Assembly: GCA_037481835.1 (NCBI GenBank)
Contig: JBBFKW010000021.1
Coordinates: 1 to 38,482 of the forward strand
Origin: Desulfosoma sp.
Lineage (GTDB): Bacteria > Desulfobacterota > Syntrophobacteria > Syntrophobacterales > DSM-9756
Direction: 5' to 3'
DNA: 38,482 nt
Below are positions 25,685 to 35,034 of this stretch, one piece after another; within the stretch, counting starts at the first letter, position 1; each line of letters starts with the position of its first letter. Both the position numbers and the translations under genes were made by a program. Below the pieces are notes generated by a model that saw only the letters and a list, made by a program, of their open reading frames with translations, did not search any database and was not told the origin of the DNA.

Positions 25685-27010
25685 ATGAAACCGGAAGGGG
25701 TTTCGATCTGGGAACCGGAAAAAGAATGCCTGGGTGTCGAGGAGCTTCGTCAACTGCAGCTGGAGCGGCTCCAGGCGACCCTGAACCGGGTGGATCGCCA
25801 TGTGGCGTTCTACCGCAAGATGTTCCGGGAGATCGGCTTCGTGCCGGAAAACGACCTGGGAGACCTGGACGACTTGAAAAGGCTCCCCTTCACGACCCGA
25901 GACGATGTGAGTAACAGCTATCCCTACGAGATGTTCGCCGTTCCTCTGAGGGAGGTGGTTAGGGTCCATTCGTCTTCCGGAACATCCGTGAACCCCAGAG
26001 TTGTGGGCTACACCAAGCGGGATCTCAAGAACTGGGCCCAACTGGTGGCGCGCATCCTGGCCTCCGCCGGACTGACCCACGACGACGTGATCCAGGTGAC
26101 CTTCGCCTACGGGCTGCTGACCGGCGGCCTGGGCATCCACTACGGCGCGGAACGTCTGGGGGCGTCGGTCCTGCCCACCTCGGTCGGGCGCACCGAACGG
26201 CAGATCAAGATCATGCAGGACTTTCGCACGACCGCCCTCGTGTGCACCCCGTCCTACGCCCTTATTATCGCAGACAAGATGGAGCAACTGGGGGTGGATC
26301 CCAAGCGGCTCAGCCTGCGCCACGCCGTCTGTGCCGGAGAACCCTGGACGGAAGCCATGCGCTCGGAAATCCAAGAAAGACTGTTCGTCACCGCAACGGA
26401 CAACTACGGGATCAGCGAGGTCATGGGCCCCGGGGTGGCCGGGGAATGCCTGGAACAGAGCGGCATGCACGTCCAGGAAGACCATTTCCTCGTGGAAATC
26501 GTCGATCCGGCGACAGGGGCGCCGTGTGAACCCGGCGCGCTGGGAGAACTGGTCATCACAACGCTGACCAAGGAAGCCTTCCCGGTCATTCGCTACCGCA
26601 CGGGCGACCTGGCGCGGCTCATCGAGGCCCCCTGTCCCTGCGGCCGCACCTTCCGGCGCATCTCGCGCATCGAAGGCCGTTGCGACGACGTGGTGGTCAT
26701 CAAGGGGATCAACATCATCCCGGAACGCATCGGGGACGTGTTGGAACAAGTCAAAGGGGAAAGACCCACCTACCAGGTGGTGGTCACCCGCCAGGGCAAT
26801 TTGGACCAGTTGGAAATCTGGATTGAAGTGACGGAAAAGCTCTTTTTCGACAAAATGCGGGAACAGCGCACCCTTGTGGATGAGATGCGCCAGAAAGTGG
26901 CCAACTTCATTGGAATCGTCCCGCGCATCAAGCTGGTGGAAAGAGGTTCTTTGGAGCGAATCAACGGGAAAGTGAAACCCTTTGTGGATCTACGACGCCC
27001 ATGGCACTGA
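25685..27010 (+). CDS. paaK: Phenylacetate-CoA ligase family (arylacetate-CoA ligase)
   Basis: LQLERLQ, LPFTT, HSSSGT, YGLLTGGLG.HYGAE, TPSYAL, GEPW, DNYG.SE..GPGV..EC, RYRTGD. Confidence 0.9.
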   Translation: MKPEGVSIWEPEKECLGVEELRQLQLERLQATLNRVDRHVAFYRKMFREIGFVPENDLGDLDDLKRLPFTTRDDVSNSYPYEMFAVPLREVVRVHSSSGTSVNPRVVGYTKRDLKNWAQLVARILASAGLTHDDVIQVTFAYGLLTGGLGIHYGAERLGASVLPTSVGRTERQIKIMQDFRTTALVCTPSYALIIADKMEQLGVDPKRLSLRHAVCAGEPWTEAMRSEIQERLFVTATDNYGISEVMGPGVAGECLEQSGMHVQEDHFLVEIVDPATGAPCEPGALGELVITTLTKEAFPVIRYRTGDLARLIEAPCPCGRTFRRISRIEGRCDDVVVIKGINIIPERIGDVLEQVKGERPTYQVVVTRQGNLDQLEIWIEVTEKLFFDKMREQRTLVDEMRQKVANFIGIVPRIKLVERGSLERINGKVKPFVDLRRPWH

Positions 27011-27027
27011 CAGGGAGGATGGCCGAC

Positions 27028-28887
27028 ATGCATGAACTGCTCACCGGGACTCGAGGCGAAAAGAAATTCCTTCTCGGCAACGAAGCCATCATCCGCGGGG
27101 CTTTGGAATCCGGGGTGCGCTTCGTGGCTGCCTACCCCGGAACGCCCTCGTCGGAAATTATCGACGGCTTCGCCGCTTTGGGCCCGGACATCGGGGCGGA
27201 AGTGGAATATTCGGTCAACGAAAAAGTATCCGTGGAATCGGCCTGTGCGGCGGCCCAGTGCGGAGTGCGCAGCCTCTGCGCCATGAAGCACGTGGGCCTG
27301 AATGTCGCCTCCGACGCCTTCATGACCCTAGCCTACGTGGGCGTCAAGGCCGGTATGGTCATCGTCTCCGCCGACGATCCGTCGCTCCATTCCAGCCAGA
27401 ACGAACAGGACAACCGCTATTATGCAAAAATGGCGGGCGTGCCCATGCTGGAGCCGGCAACGCCGCAAGAAGCCAAGGACATGATCGCAGCCGGCTACAC
27501 TCTGTCCGAAAAGCACGGCATGCCCGTTCTCGTGCGCACGACGACGCGGGTCAACCACTGCCGAGGGCCGGTGTCCTTGGAAGACATTCCCGAAGGGACC
27601 GTCAAGGGGACCTTTTCGCGAGACCCTTTCAACCTGGTTGTCGTGCCCATGGTGGGCCGAAAGCTGCACCTGAAGCTCTTGGAAAAGTTGAGCGCCCTGC
27701 GTGAGGAAGCGGAAAAGAGCCCGTTCACCACGGAAGAGGGACAAGGCCCGTGGGGGATCGTCACCAGCGGGGTGTCCGCCCTCTATGTGTCCGATGCGGT
27801 CCAGGAACTGGAGCTGGCGGATCGGGTGCGGGTCCTGAAATTGGGCATGACCCATCCTTTTCCGGAAACGCTCGTGGCGGATTTTCTCGGCCGCGTGGAA
27901 TCCGTCCTTGTGGTGGAGGAGCTGGAACCGTTCCTGGAAGAGGCTGTGCGCATTGCAGCGCAGAAAAGCGGGTTTCCGGGAAGGATTGCGGGCAAGGAGT
28001 TCGTCCCGAGAGCGTTCGAACTGGATACGGTGAAGGTCAAAGAGGCCGTCAGCCGCTTTTTCGGCGTAGCCTACGAGCCGCCCACGATCTTCACCGTACC
28101 GGAAAACCTTCCGGCCCGCCCCCCCAACCTGTGCCCGGGATGCCCCCATCGGGCCACGTTTTACAGCGTCAAGAAGGTGTTCGGTGAAGAGGCCGTCTAC
28201 CCGACGGATATCGGCTGCTACACCCTGGGGCTCCTACCGCCGCTCCAGATGGCCGATTTCCTCATTTGCATGGGATCGAGCATTTCCACGGCCGGAGGGT
28301 TCAGCCGGGTTCTGGACCGCCCCGTGGTGGCCTTCATCGGAGATTCCACCTTTTTCCACAGCGGCATTACGGGCCTGATCAACGCCGTGGCCCACGATCG
28401 CACTCTCCTCTTGGTCCTCTTGGACAACGGCACAACGGCCATGACGGGCCATCAGCCCCATCCCGGCGTGCGCCTGGGACGGCAAGGACCCCAGGAGCCC
28501 AAAGTGGATGTGGAAACCCTCGTGCGGGGCTGCGGCGTGCGCACGGTGGCCGTGGTCAATCCCCTTCAGGTGAAAAAAACGCAGCAGGTCCTGCGGGACA
28601 TCAAAGCCGGCATGAAAGACGGCGGAGTTTCGGTACTCATCAGCCGCTCGCCGTGCCCTCTTTTTGAACGCCGCATGCTCGGCACCAAGCAGAAAGTGGT
28701 CTTTTCCGTGAGCGGCGACTGTAGTCCCTGTCGGGACGATCTGGCACAGCTCGGATGTCCCGCCTTCGTCTGGTCCAAGGACGAAGCGGGTTCACCGTGT
28801 GTTCGGATCAACGAAGTGTTGTGCAGCGGGTGTTCGGTGTGCGCCCAATTGTGCGACGGGATCAAACCAAAAAAGCTTTCGGCATAA
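27028..28887 (+). CDS. iorA: Indolepyruvate:ferredoxin oxidoreductase alpha subunit
   Basis: LLGNEAI.RGA, YPGTPSSEI, MKHVGLNVA.D, SSQNEQD.R, RPPNLCPGCPHR, DIGCY, IGDSTFFHSG, DN.TTAMTGHQP, C-terminal ferredoxin; GGAGG RBS. Confidence 0.95.
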   Translation: MHELLTGTRGEKKFLLGNEAIIRGALESGVRFVAAYPGTPSSEIIDGFAALGPDIGAEVEYSVNEKVSVESACAAAQCGVRSLCAMKHVGLNVASDAFMTLAYVGVKAGMVIVSADDPSLHSSQNEQDNRYYAKMAGVPMLEPATPQEAKDMIAAGYTLSEKHGMPVLVRTTTRVNHCRGPVSLEDIPEGTVKGTFSRDPFNLVVVPMVGRKLHLKLLEKLSALREEAEKSPFTTEEGQGPWGIVTSGVSALYVSDAVQELELADRVRVLKLGMTHPFPETLVADFLGRVESVLVVEELEPFLEEAVRIAAQKSGFPGRIAGKEFVPRAFELDTVKVKEAVSRFFGVAYEPPTIFTVPENLPARPPNLCPGCPHRATFYSVKKVFGEEAVYPTDIGCYTLGLLPPLQMADFLICMGSSISTAGGFSRVLDRPVVAFIGDSTFFHSGITGLINAVAHDRTLLLVLLDNGTTAMTGHQPHPGVRLGRQGPQEPKVDVETLVRGCGVRTVAVVNPLQVKKTQQVLRDIKAGMKDGGVSVLISRSPCPLFERRMLGTKQKVVFSVSGDCSPCRDDLAQLGCPAFVWSKDEAGSPCVRINEVLCSGCSVCAQLCDGIKPKKLSA

Positions 28888-28920
28888 AACGGCCCTGCAC
28901 AAGGGGCGCGTGCGGTGACA

Positions 28921-29601
28921 ATGATTTTTGAAAGAGAGATTCGGGGTCCGGCCCCAAGACGACACGGGACGACGGAGGACGCGGTGGAAAGACGTCACGA
29001 GGAAGCGCGCCGACGGGGCGTGCGCCTTTTCTTTACGGGAGTGGGAGGACAGGGAACGCTTGTGGCAACCCGATTGGTGGGGGAGGCGGCCTTGGCGGAA
29101 GGGCTTTCGGCTTCCATGAGTGAAATCCACGGCATGGCCCAGCGGGGCGGGGTGGTGGAGTCATCCGTGGTGGTGGGCGACATCCACGCGCCCATCGTGG
29201 CGGAAGGGCAGGCAGATGTCTTGGTTGCCTTCGAACCCCTGGAAGCACTCAGGGCCTTGAACCGATGCCATGCCCAAACCAAAGCCGTGGTGAGCACCTC
29301 GCCCATCGTGCCCTTCACCGTGGCCGCGGGCCAGGGGACCTACCCGGACGTTGACCGTGTGGTGAAAGAACTCAAGGACAAACTGGCCGCCGTCGTGGCC
29401 TTGGACGCGGAGGCCCTGGCCCTGGAGGCGGGATCCGTGAGAGCGGCCAACATGGTCGTCATGGGGGCCGTGGCCGCCATGGACGTCCTGCCCATTGCCA
29501 AAGCCACGTGGGACGGCTGCCTTCGAAAACTCTTCCCACCCAAGCTCTACGATCTCAACCAAAGAGCCTTCGATAAAGGATACGCGGTCGGCCGGTCCTG
29601 A
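28921..29601 (+). CDS. iorB: Indolepyruvate:ferredoxin oxidoreductase beta subunit
   Basis: GVGGQG, SEIHGMAQRGGVV, AFEPLEALR, AN.V.MGA, N..AF..G; start approximate (GTG 28915 also possible). Confidence 0.93.
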   Translation: MIFEREIRGPAPRRHGTTEDAVERRHEEARRRGVRLFFTGVGGQGTLVATRLVGEAALAEGLSASMSEIHGMAQRGGVVESSVVVGDIHAPIVAEGQADVLVAFEPLEALRALNRCHAQTKAVVSTSPIVPFTVAAGQGTYPDVDRVVKELKDKLAAVVALDAEALALEAGSVRAANMVVMGAVAAMDVLPIAKATWDGCLRKLFPPKLYDLNQRAFDKGYAVGRS

Positions 29602-29870
29602 GCGCCTATGCAACGGCGTGCCGCGATGTGCAAGACTTTGCACACCCTCTGTGCAACGAAGGTTACTCCTAAGACGCAGTGCGGGATTCTGGGCCCGAAC
29701 GGACCGCGCCGAGGCGGGACGGCGGGCCCCGGCCCGCCCTTTCTTTTCCTGGAATGGCTAAGGGTTCCGATGCTTTAGCTTTGGGGGGCAGCTTTTTTCA
29801 ACGGTTTGGCCGGGAAGCGGTCTTTTCTGGTATGAAGTATGCTTCTTGTCAAGTCGGCGAGAAGTGCTTA

Positions 29871-29899
29871 TTGACGTCCCGCAGCTTTCCGATTAGATA
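29871..29899 (+). promoter_or_regulatory. Putative sigma70 promoter
   Basis: TTGACG-N17-TAGATA about 56 nt before ATG 29956. Confidence 0.5.
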
Positions 29900-29955
29900 A
29901 GTGGACTTTGAAAAATGCGGGGCGTGGGAATTTTCCCGGAGAGGACCGGTAGGGC

Positions 29956-31356
29956 ATGATCATCAGTCACGACCTTCTTGAAAAAACTTGTAAGAACATG
30001 ATCGAGACGATCCTTTTGTGTTTGGATCATGCCACCAAGGGAACCATTTACCGGATCGGGCCCATGCCGGAGCTGCGTTCCGTGCGCGTGACCTCGGGCA
30101 TTCGGGAGCAGGGCAACGGCACCATTCACTGGGGTCTTCCGGCGGTGTCCGATTACAACCCTCCGGGGAAAACCTGGGACCAGTATCGAGACCGCCCCGG
30201 TCGGGCCTTGGAAGCCATGGCGTGGTGTGTGGAGCGCCAAAAGAGCTGGACGGCGGACAATCCCTACGAAGACCAGCGTAGTGTGCGCAAGCAGTTGAGC
30301 GGCGAGCCGGAAGATTGGCATCACATGGAACCCGTGCTCGTCAAAAAGAGCGACCTCTACGGGGACGGGGCCGACGACCTCCAGTATCCGCTCAACTGGA
30401 AGGGCGTGCCCATCTGGCAGGACACGGACTACGTGGTCGTCGCCGTCATCAAGATCCACTTTCTGCCGCACACGATTCAGCGGGGCGATCGGGCCACCAA
30501 GGTGATCAAGAAACTGTCGCGGATCTTGGGCACGGAGATGTTTTCCTTGCACATTCGGGAAACCCTGAGCCAGGTCCAAAGCGAACTCACCCAGGAGCGG
30601 TTCGCGTCCTGTAACGCTCTGGCCCATGAGCTGCGCAACACCTTGATGAAGCTGAGCTTCATCTTTTCGGCCATCAACGCGGAAGTGGGTTTTCTTCGGG
30701 AGCAATGGGAAGAGGAGATCCGGAGGAGCGTCGACGGGCTGGTGGACAAGAGCACACTTCTTCGCCGTCTAAACGAGCTCATCGAAAACCGTCTAGGGCG
30801 CCTCAACGGCCAAGCGGAACTGGGGGCTCTGGGGCGCCATCTTCTCATGGAGCAGCAAGAGTTCCTCGTAACGCCCCTTTTGCCGGAACAGGCGGAAAAT
30901 TGGATCCACATGAAGATCCAGCCCAAATGGCAGCAGCTCTTGTCTCAAAGTTCCGTGTGGGAAGACCAGCGCCGAGAGATCGAAGACATGCTCACGCGGC
31001 TCAAAGAAGCCGTGTGGGTCGGAACCGACCGGGCTGTCGCCGATCGGCTCAAGCACCTTCCCGAAGAGGTGCGCACCCTGTGGCCGCAGCTGGCCTATGT
31101 GGAATTTTCAGCGGACAAACTGCCCCTTTTGGAACAAGTCTTGGCTCTTTTGAACCATCCGGGCATGGATGTGCCGCACAAGAAACACACCCAGAAGGTC
31201 CTTTCCTGCCTCAAAGCCCTGGCGGAAATCATCCCGGACATGGAGACCCGCACGAACCGCATCTTGGATTTCATGCGCAACGGTTCGGAAAAGGGACTTC
31301 AGGATTACTGGCGCCCCTTGATGCGTTCCGGTGAATCCCCGCCTTCGACGGAATAA
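29956..31356 (+). CDS. Hypothetical cytoplasmic protein with HisKA-like H-box
   Basis: 466-aa ORF; LAHELRNTL in a helical region; no N/G1/F/G2 ATPase boxes recognised. Confidence 0.75.
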   Translation: MIISHDLLEKTCKNMIETILLCLDHATKGTIYRIGPMPELRSVRVTSGIREQGNGTIHWGLPAVSDYNPPGKTWDQYRDRPGRALEAMAWCVERQKSWTADNPYEDQRSVRKQLSGEPEDWHHMEPVLVKKSDLYGDGADDLQYPLNWKGVPIWQDTDYVVVAVIKIHFLPHTIQRGDRATKVIKKLSRILGTEMFSLHIRETLSQVQSELTQERFASCNALAHELRNTLMKLSFIFSAINAEVGFLREQWEEEIRRSVDGLVDKSTLLRRLNELIENRLGRLNGQAELGALGRHLLMEQQEFLVTPLLPEQAENWIHMKIQPKWQQLLSQSSVWEDQRREIEDMLTRLKEAVWVGTDRAVADRLKHLPEEVRTLWPQLAYVEFSADKLPLLEQVLALLNHPGMDVPHKKHTQKVLSCLKALAEIIPDMETRTNRILDFMRNGSEKGLQDYWRPLMRSGESPPSTE

Positions 31357-31379
31357 TCCCCATCCCCGTACCAGGGAAA

Positions 31380-32780
31380 TCAGCCTTTCGAAGCCTTGCT
31401 CGTTTCAGCCAGCGCGGCCAACATCCTTGACAGCTCCCTCATCTTCGCCTCTCCCATCACATCCGGCTGCAGGGAGACGAAGTAGCCGGGGCCTTCTTCC
31501 ATGACCCTTCGGGACGCGCCCTGATTATCCAGGCCGAGGCACTCGTAGATATGCACGGGCTGATGAAGGCCTTTAAGCGACATGGGGCCGAGGTCTCGGG
31601 CGTGGATCTTTTCCGCGATGAGGGCGTAGGTGGCTCGGCTGATGAGCATCTGGCCCGGTTCAGCGATTTGTTGGAGCCGGGCGGCGACGTTCACCTGGGA
31701 GCCGATGGCCGTGTAGTTGAGCCAGCGGTCGGAACCGAACGTGCCCACCACAGAAAGGCCCGTATGCGCGCCCATGCGCACTTGGAGGGAGTGCGGCAGG
31801 CCTTTGTGCTCCCATTTGTGGTTGAGCTCCTTGAGCTTGGCTTGCATGGCCACGGCCATCTGCACGCATCGGTATGCCCCTTCGGCCGGGTCCATGTCGT
31901 CCGGAGCTCCGAAAAGGACCATGATTCCGTCCCCCATGAGTTTGTCCAGAGTGCCTTTGTACTGCAGGACCACCGGAATCATTTCGTGGAAGTATTCGTT
32001 CAACTGTTCGGCCATCTCCTCGGGTTCCATGGTGTCGGTGAGGGTGCTGAAACGGCAGATGTCCGAAAAAAAGATGGTGATTTTTTTGCGGCTGTGCCCG
32101 AAGAGGGCTCGGCCTTCGTCCTTGGAAAGATGCCGCACCAGGGGGTCGCTCACAAAAAGAGAGAGTTTTTCGTTGAGACGGGTGATTTCGCGATCCTTTT
32201 CCCGGAGTTGGGCAACGGATTCTTTGAGGTGGGCTTTTTGAGAGGCGAACCGGTCCAGGAGGGCGGCGAGAAACACGCAGACGGCCAGGAAGGCGCCCAC
32301 ACGCACGGCTTCGCGCACGTAGTCGGGATGATCCCCGTGCATGCGACTCATGACGACGAGGATCCCCAAGTAGAGAAGCATGTAGTAGCAGGCGGTCAGA
32401 AGAACACAGCGAAAGCGCACATGGCCGGCAAGGAAGAAAAAGCCCATGAGCCAGCCGATGAGCATGAGGTCGCGGGCGGTGCCTACGGCATAAAAGCCGT
32501 AGGCGGCCACCGGGGCGAAGAAAAACCAATTGGGAATGAGCACGAAGTGGGGGTCGAAGCGAAACCGGGTGTCCCATCCCACGAGGACCATGGCCCATCC
32601 GATGCCGTGGGCGAGGGTCGCCGCTGCAACGAATACGGCCAGCTGGTGCGGGGTAATGTCGCTGTAGCCGAGTTTTTTCAGGAGCAAAATGGTGCCTGAG
32701 GCGACGAGCCATCCCAGGTAACCAAGCCACAATGCGCCGAGTTTTCTCGATCGTGCCTTGTCGGATGGGAGGCTTTCCAT
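31380..32780 (-). CDS. Membrane-bound class III adenylate cyclase
   Basis: About 6 TM helices, coiled coil, FFSDI..FS, LDKLMGDGIM, YTAIG..VN.AARL (Lys/Thr specificity residues indicate ATP). Confidence 0.92.
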   Translation of the reverse strand: MESLPSDKARSRKLGALWLGYLGWLVASGTILLLKKLGYSDITPHQLAVFVAAATLAHGIGWAMVLVGWDTRFRFDPHFVLIPNWFFFAPVAAYGFYAVGTARDLMLIGWLMGFFFLAGHVRFRCVLLTACYYMLLYLGILVVMSRMHGDHPDYVREAVRVGAFLAVCVFLAALLDRFASQKAHLKESVAQLREKDREITRLNEKLSLFVSDPLVRHLSKDEGRALFGHSRKKITIFFSDICRFSTLTDTMEPEEMAEQLNEYFHEMIPVVLQYKGTLDKLMGDGIMVLFGAPDDMDPAEGAYRCVQMAVAMQAKLKELNHKWEHKGLPHSLQVRMGAHTGLSVVGTFGSDRWLNYTAIGSQVNVAARLQQIAEPGQMLISRATYALIAEKIHARDLGPMSLKGLHQPVHIYECLGLDNQGASRRVMEEGPGYFVSLQPDVMGEAKMRELSRMLAALAETSKASKG

Positions 32781-32859
32781 GGCAGGGCCTCCTGTGCATC
32801 AAGCCTCAAGACATCCTCCGAAAGGCTTCCATTTGTTCGGCGGATCGCCTTTCGATCCC

Positions 32860-34317
32860 TCAGCCTTCCGGTCCCTTTTTGTCAGAGCGTTTGGCCACGC
32901 TGAAACGCACTTCCACGCGTTCTTGAGCGGGGTCGGCGAGCTTCAGGGACGCCGGGGTGATGATGAGGGGGGCCGTGATGGAGCCTGATTCGGTCAGCGA
33001 ATCCACGCGAAGCGGTGTGGTATAGAAGGTGTGAATCCCTTCGAGCAGGGTTTTGCCGCCGACCACTTGGACTTCCGCAGGGATGACCTGCACGTCCGTG
33101 ATGAGCACGTTATCGGGAAGCTTTCCCGTCCAGTCCACCTGAACGGGGACGATCTTGGTGCCCGGGACGTCCAGCGTGACTTCCAGGGTTGTCGGCTCCA
33201 CGCTGTTGACGAAAAGACCCGGCGGCATCTGGATGTTGTCCTTGGTGATGGGAAAGACGTTTCGCCCTTCCACCGCCTTGGTGAGGTTGATCCGCACGGT
33301 GACCTGTTCGGGGCGCAGCGATTTTACGATGGCACTGGAGCCGTGGAGCTGCAGATGGACCTTGTTGGCGGATGTTTCCAAAATTTGAAATTGCGCCGGC
33401 CGGTTGACGAACTCTACGGGCACGTCCAGCTCCATGAGCGTGTCTCGACCTCGGGTGAATCCAAGCCAAATGGCGGAGATGATAAAGAGGGACAGCACCC
33501 CGGCGACGGCCAGCCTGGTGACCTCCCTCCTGCGATACAGGGGGTCGCGCTGGTGCACGATACCCAGGTGGGCTTCCAGGATGTGGACCAAGTCCTCGGT
33601 TTGTGCGATGGGCTTGATCCAGGTGTCTTTGGCGGCGGTGACGCGGCCGCGCTCTTCGGAGACGGCCACGACCAGGGCGTCGGAGCGCTCGGCGAGCCCT
33701 GCGGCGGCCCGGTGTCTCGTGCCGTAGAAGGTGGGCAGATCCGTCCGCTGGGACAGGGGCAACAGGACGCCTACTTCCGTCACCTTGTCCCCTTCGACGA
33801 TGGCCGCGCCGTCATGGACGGGGTTTTTGGGCCAGAAGATGCTCATGAGCATCTCCTGGGACACCCGGCCGTCCCACGGAATGCCTCCGTGGATGAGTTC
33901 GCGCAGGTCTTCCTTGCCCGGAAAGACCACGAGGGCACCGATGCGCTTTTTGGCCATTTGGAAAAAGGTGTCTGCCAGCACCTGGACGGGCGAGGATTTC
34001 TCCTCCAGGGGCGATCCCCACAGGAAGTTTTTCAGGTTTCGAGCTTGGAGGGCCGAGCGGATTTCGTTGCGGAACACGACGATGATGATGATGGCCGCTG
34101 CGGCCGTAATGGCCTGAAGGGCCCAGCTGGTGAGGATCAGCCCCAAGGAGGCGGCCAATTCCTGGATAACCCACAGGGAGGCGATGCCCGCCAGGATGCG
34201 GAAGGCGTTGGTGTGCCGGAACAGAACGTACACCCGGAAGAGGATGTAGCTGTTGATCAGGATGTCCACCACATCCTGCCAGCGGATGGAAGAGAGAACG
34301 AGGACGACCGATTTCAT
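32860..34317 (-). CDS. cdaA: Diadenylate cyclase CdaA fused to YbbR/CdaR domains
   Basis: Three N-terminal TMs, IGALVV, HDGA, GTRHRAA.G, VSEERG, then a TM and YbbR-like beta repeats. Confidence 0.92.
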   Translation of the reverse strand: MKSVVLVLSSIRWQDVVDILINSYILFRVYVLFRHTNAFRILAGIASLWVIQELAASLGLILTSWALQAITAAAAIIIIVVFRNEIRSALQARNLKNFLWGSPLEEKSSPVQVLADTFFQMAKKRIGALVVFPGKEDLRELIHGGIPWDGRVSQEMLMSIFWPKNPVHDGAAIVEGDKVTEVGVLLPLSQRTDLPTFYGTRHRAAAGLAERSDALVVAVSEERGRVTAAKDTWIKPIAQTEDLVHILEAHLGIVHQRDPLYRRREVTRLAVAGVLSLFIISAIWLGFTRGRDTLMELDVPVEFVNRPAQFQILETSANKVHLQLHGSSAIVKSLRPEQVTVRINLTKAVEGRNVFPITKDNIQMPPGLFVNSVEPTTLEVTLDVPGTKIVPVQVDWTGKLPDNVLITDVQVIPAEVQVVGGKTLLEGIHTFYTTPLRVDSLTESGSITAPLIITPASLKLADPAQERVEVRFSVAKRSDKKGPEG

Positions 34318-34322
34318 GGGAT

Positions 34323-34817
34323 TCAATCCACGATGCTGAAGCGTAACACGCTCAGGACGCGCCCTTCCGCGTCGGTGATTTCCACTTTCCAGGGGCCCTT
34401 GTCCACTTCTCTGAGCTTGAGCATGCTGTAGGTGGCCCAGCGCGGAGGGTAAATTTTGAGCCGGATTTGAGTGGTCAAGGTGTCACGATGATACCAGCGA
34501 TGGTAGACAACGGTCTGGGAACGCACGGTGCCGAAGTCGGTAAAACAGTAAATCTGCCCCTGGGTGACGGAAAAGACGGCTGCGGTGTTCACGGGATTGA
34601 GGTTTTCCACCGACTCGCAAATGCCGGCGCGGGTGAGGGCAAGCCCGGCGGTTTGGTTCGAAGGGGGCGAAGCTCGTTCTTGACAGAAACCCGGGGAGCC
34701 CAACCCCAGAAGGAAGGCGGCCACTAGCCCTGCGACAGCGGCGGCCAGGCGAAGAGTTCGTCGCGGGCCGAACGTTCGGGGTGCGGGACGAGTCTTGAAC
34801 AGCGTGGCGACGTGCAT
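34323..34817 (-). CDS. Exported DUF2914-domain protein
   Basis: Signal/TM segment, then IYCFT...VYHRWY...RW.TYS...GPWKVEI.D..G.VL; start approximate. Confidence 0.75.
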   Translation of the reverse strand: MHVATLFKTRPAPRTFGPRRTLRLAAAVAGLVAAFLLGLGSPGFCQERASPPSNQTAGLALTRAGICESVENLNPVNTAAVFSVTQGQIYCFTDFGTVRSQTVVYHRWYHRDTLTTQIRLKIYPPRWATYSMLKLREVDKGPWKVEITDAEGRVLSVLRFSIVD

Positions 34818-35034
34818 TGTGCCCCCGGTTTCATAAGTCATGGGTCGATTCCTAATTCCGGATTTTCCCCAACCGCGTTCCTTTGTGATCATTGCAAAGC
34901 CGAGGTGGTTGACATGACAAAAGGAAGAAAGGGCGCAGATCCCGCTGGAGCCGGCCGTCAAGCTGGATGAAAAACATACCATGAAAATCTTTTGGGTCAA
35001 CCCGAACGATTCCGCAAGGGATGAATTCCGGGTC

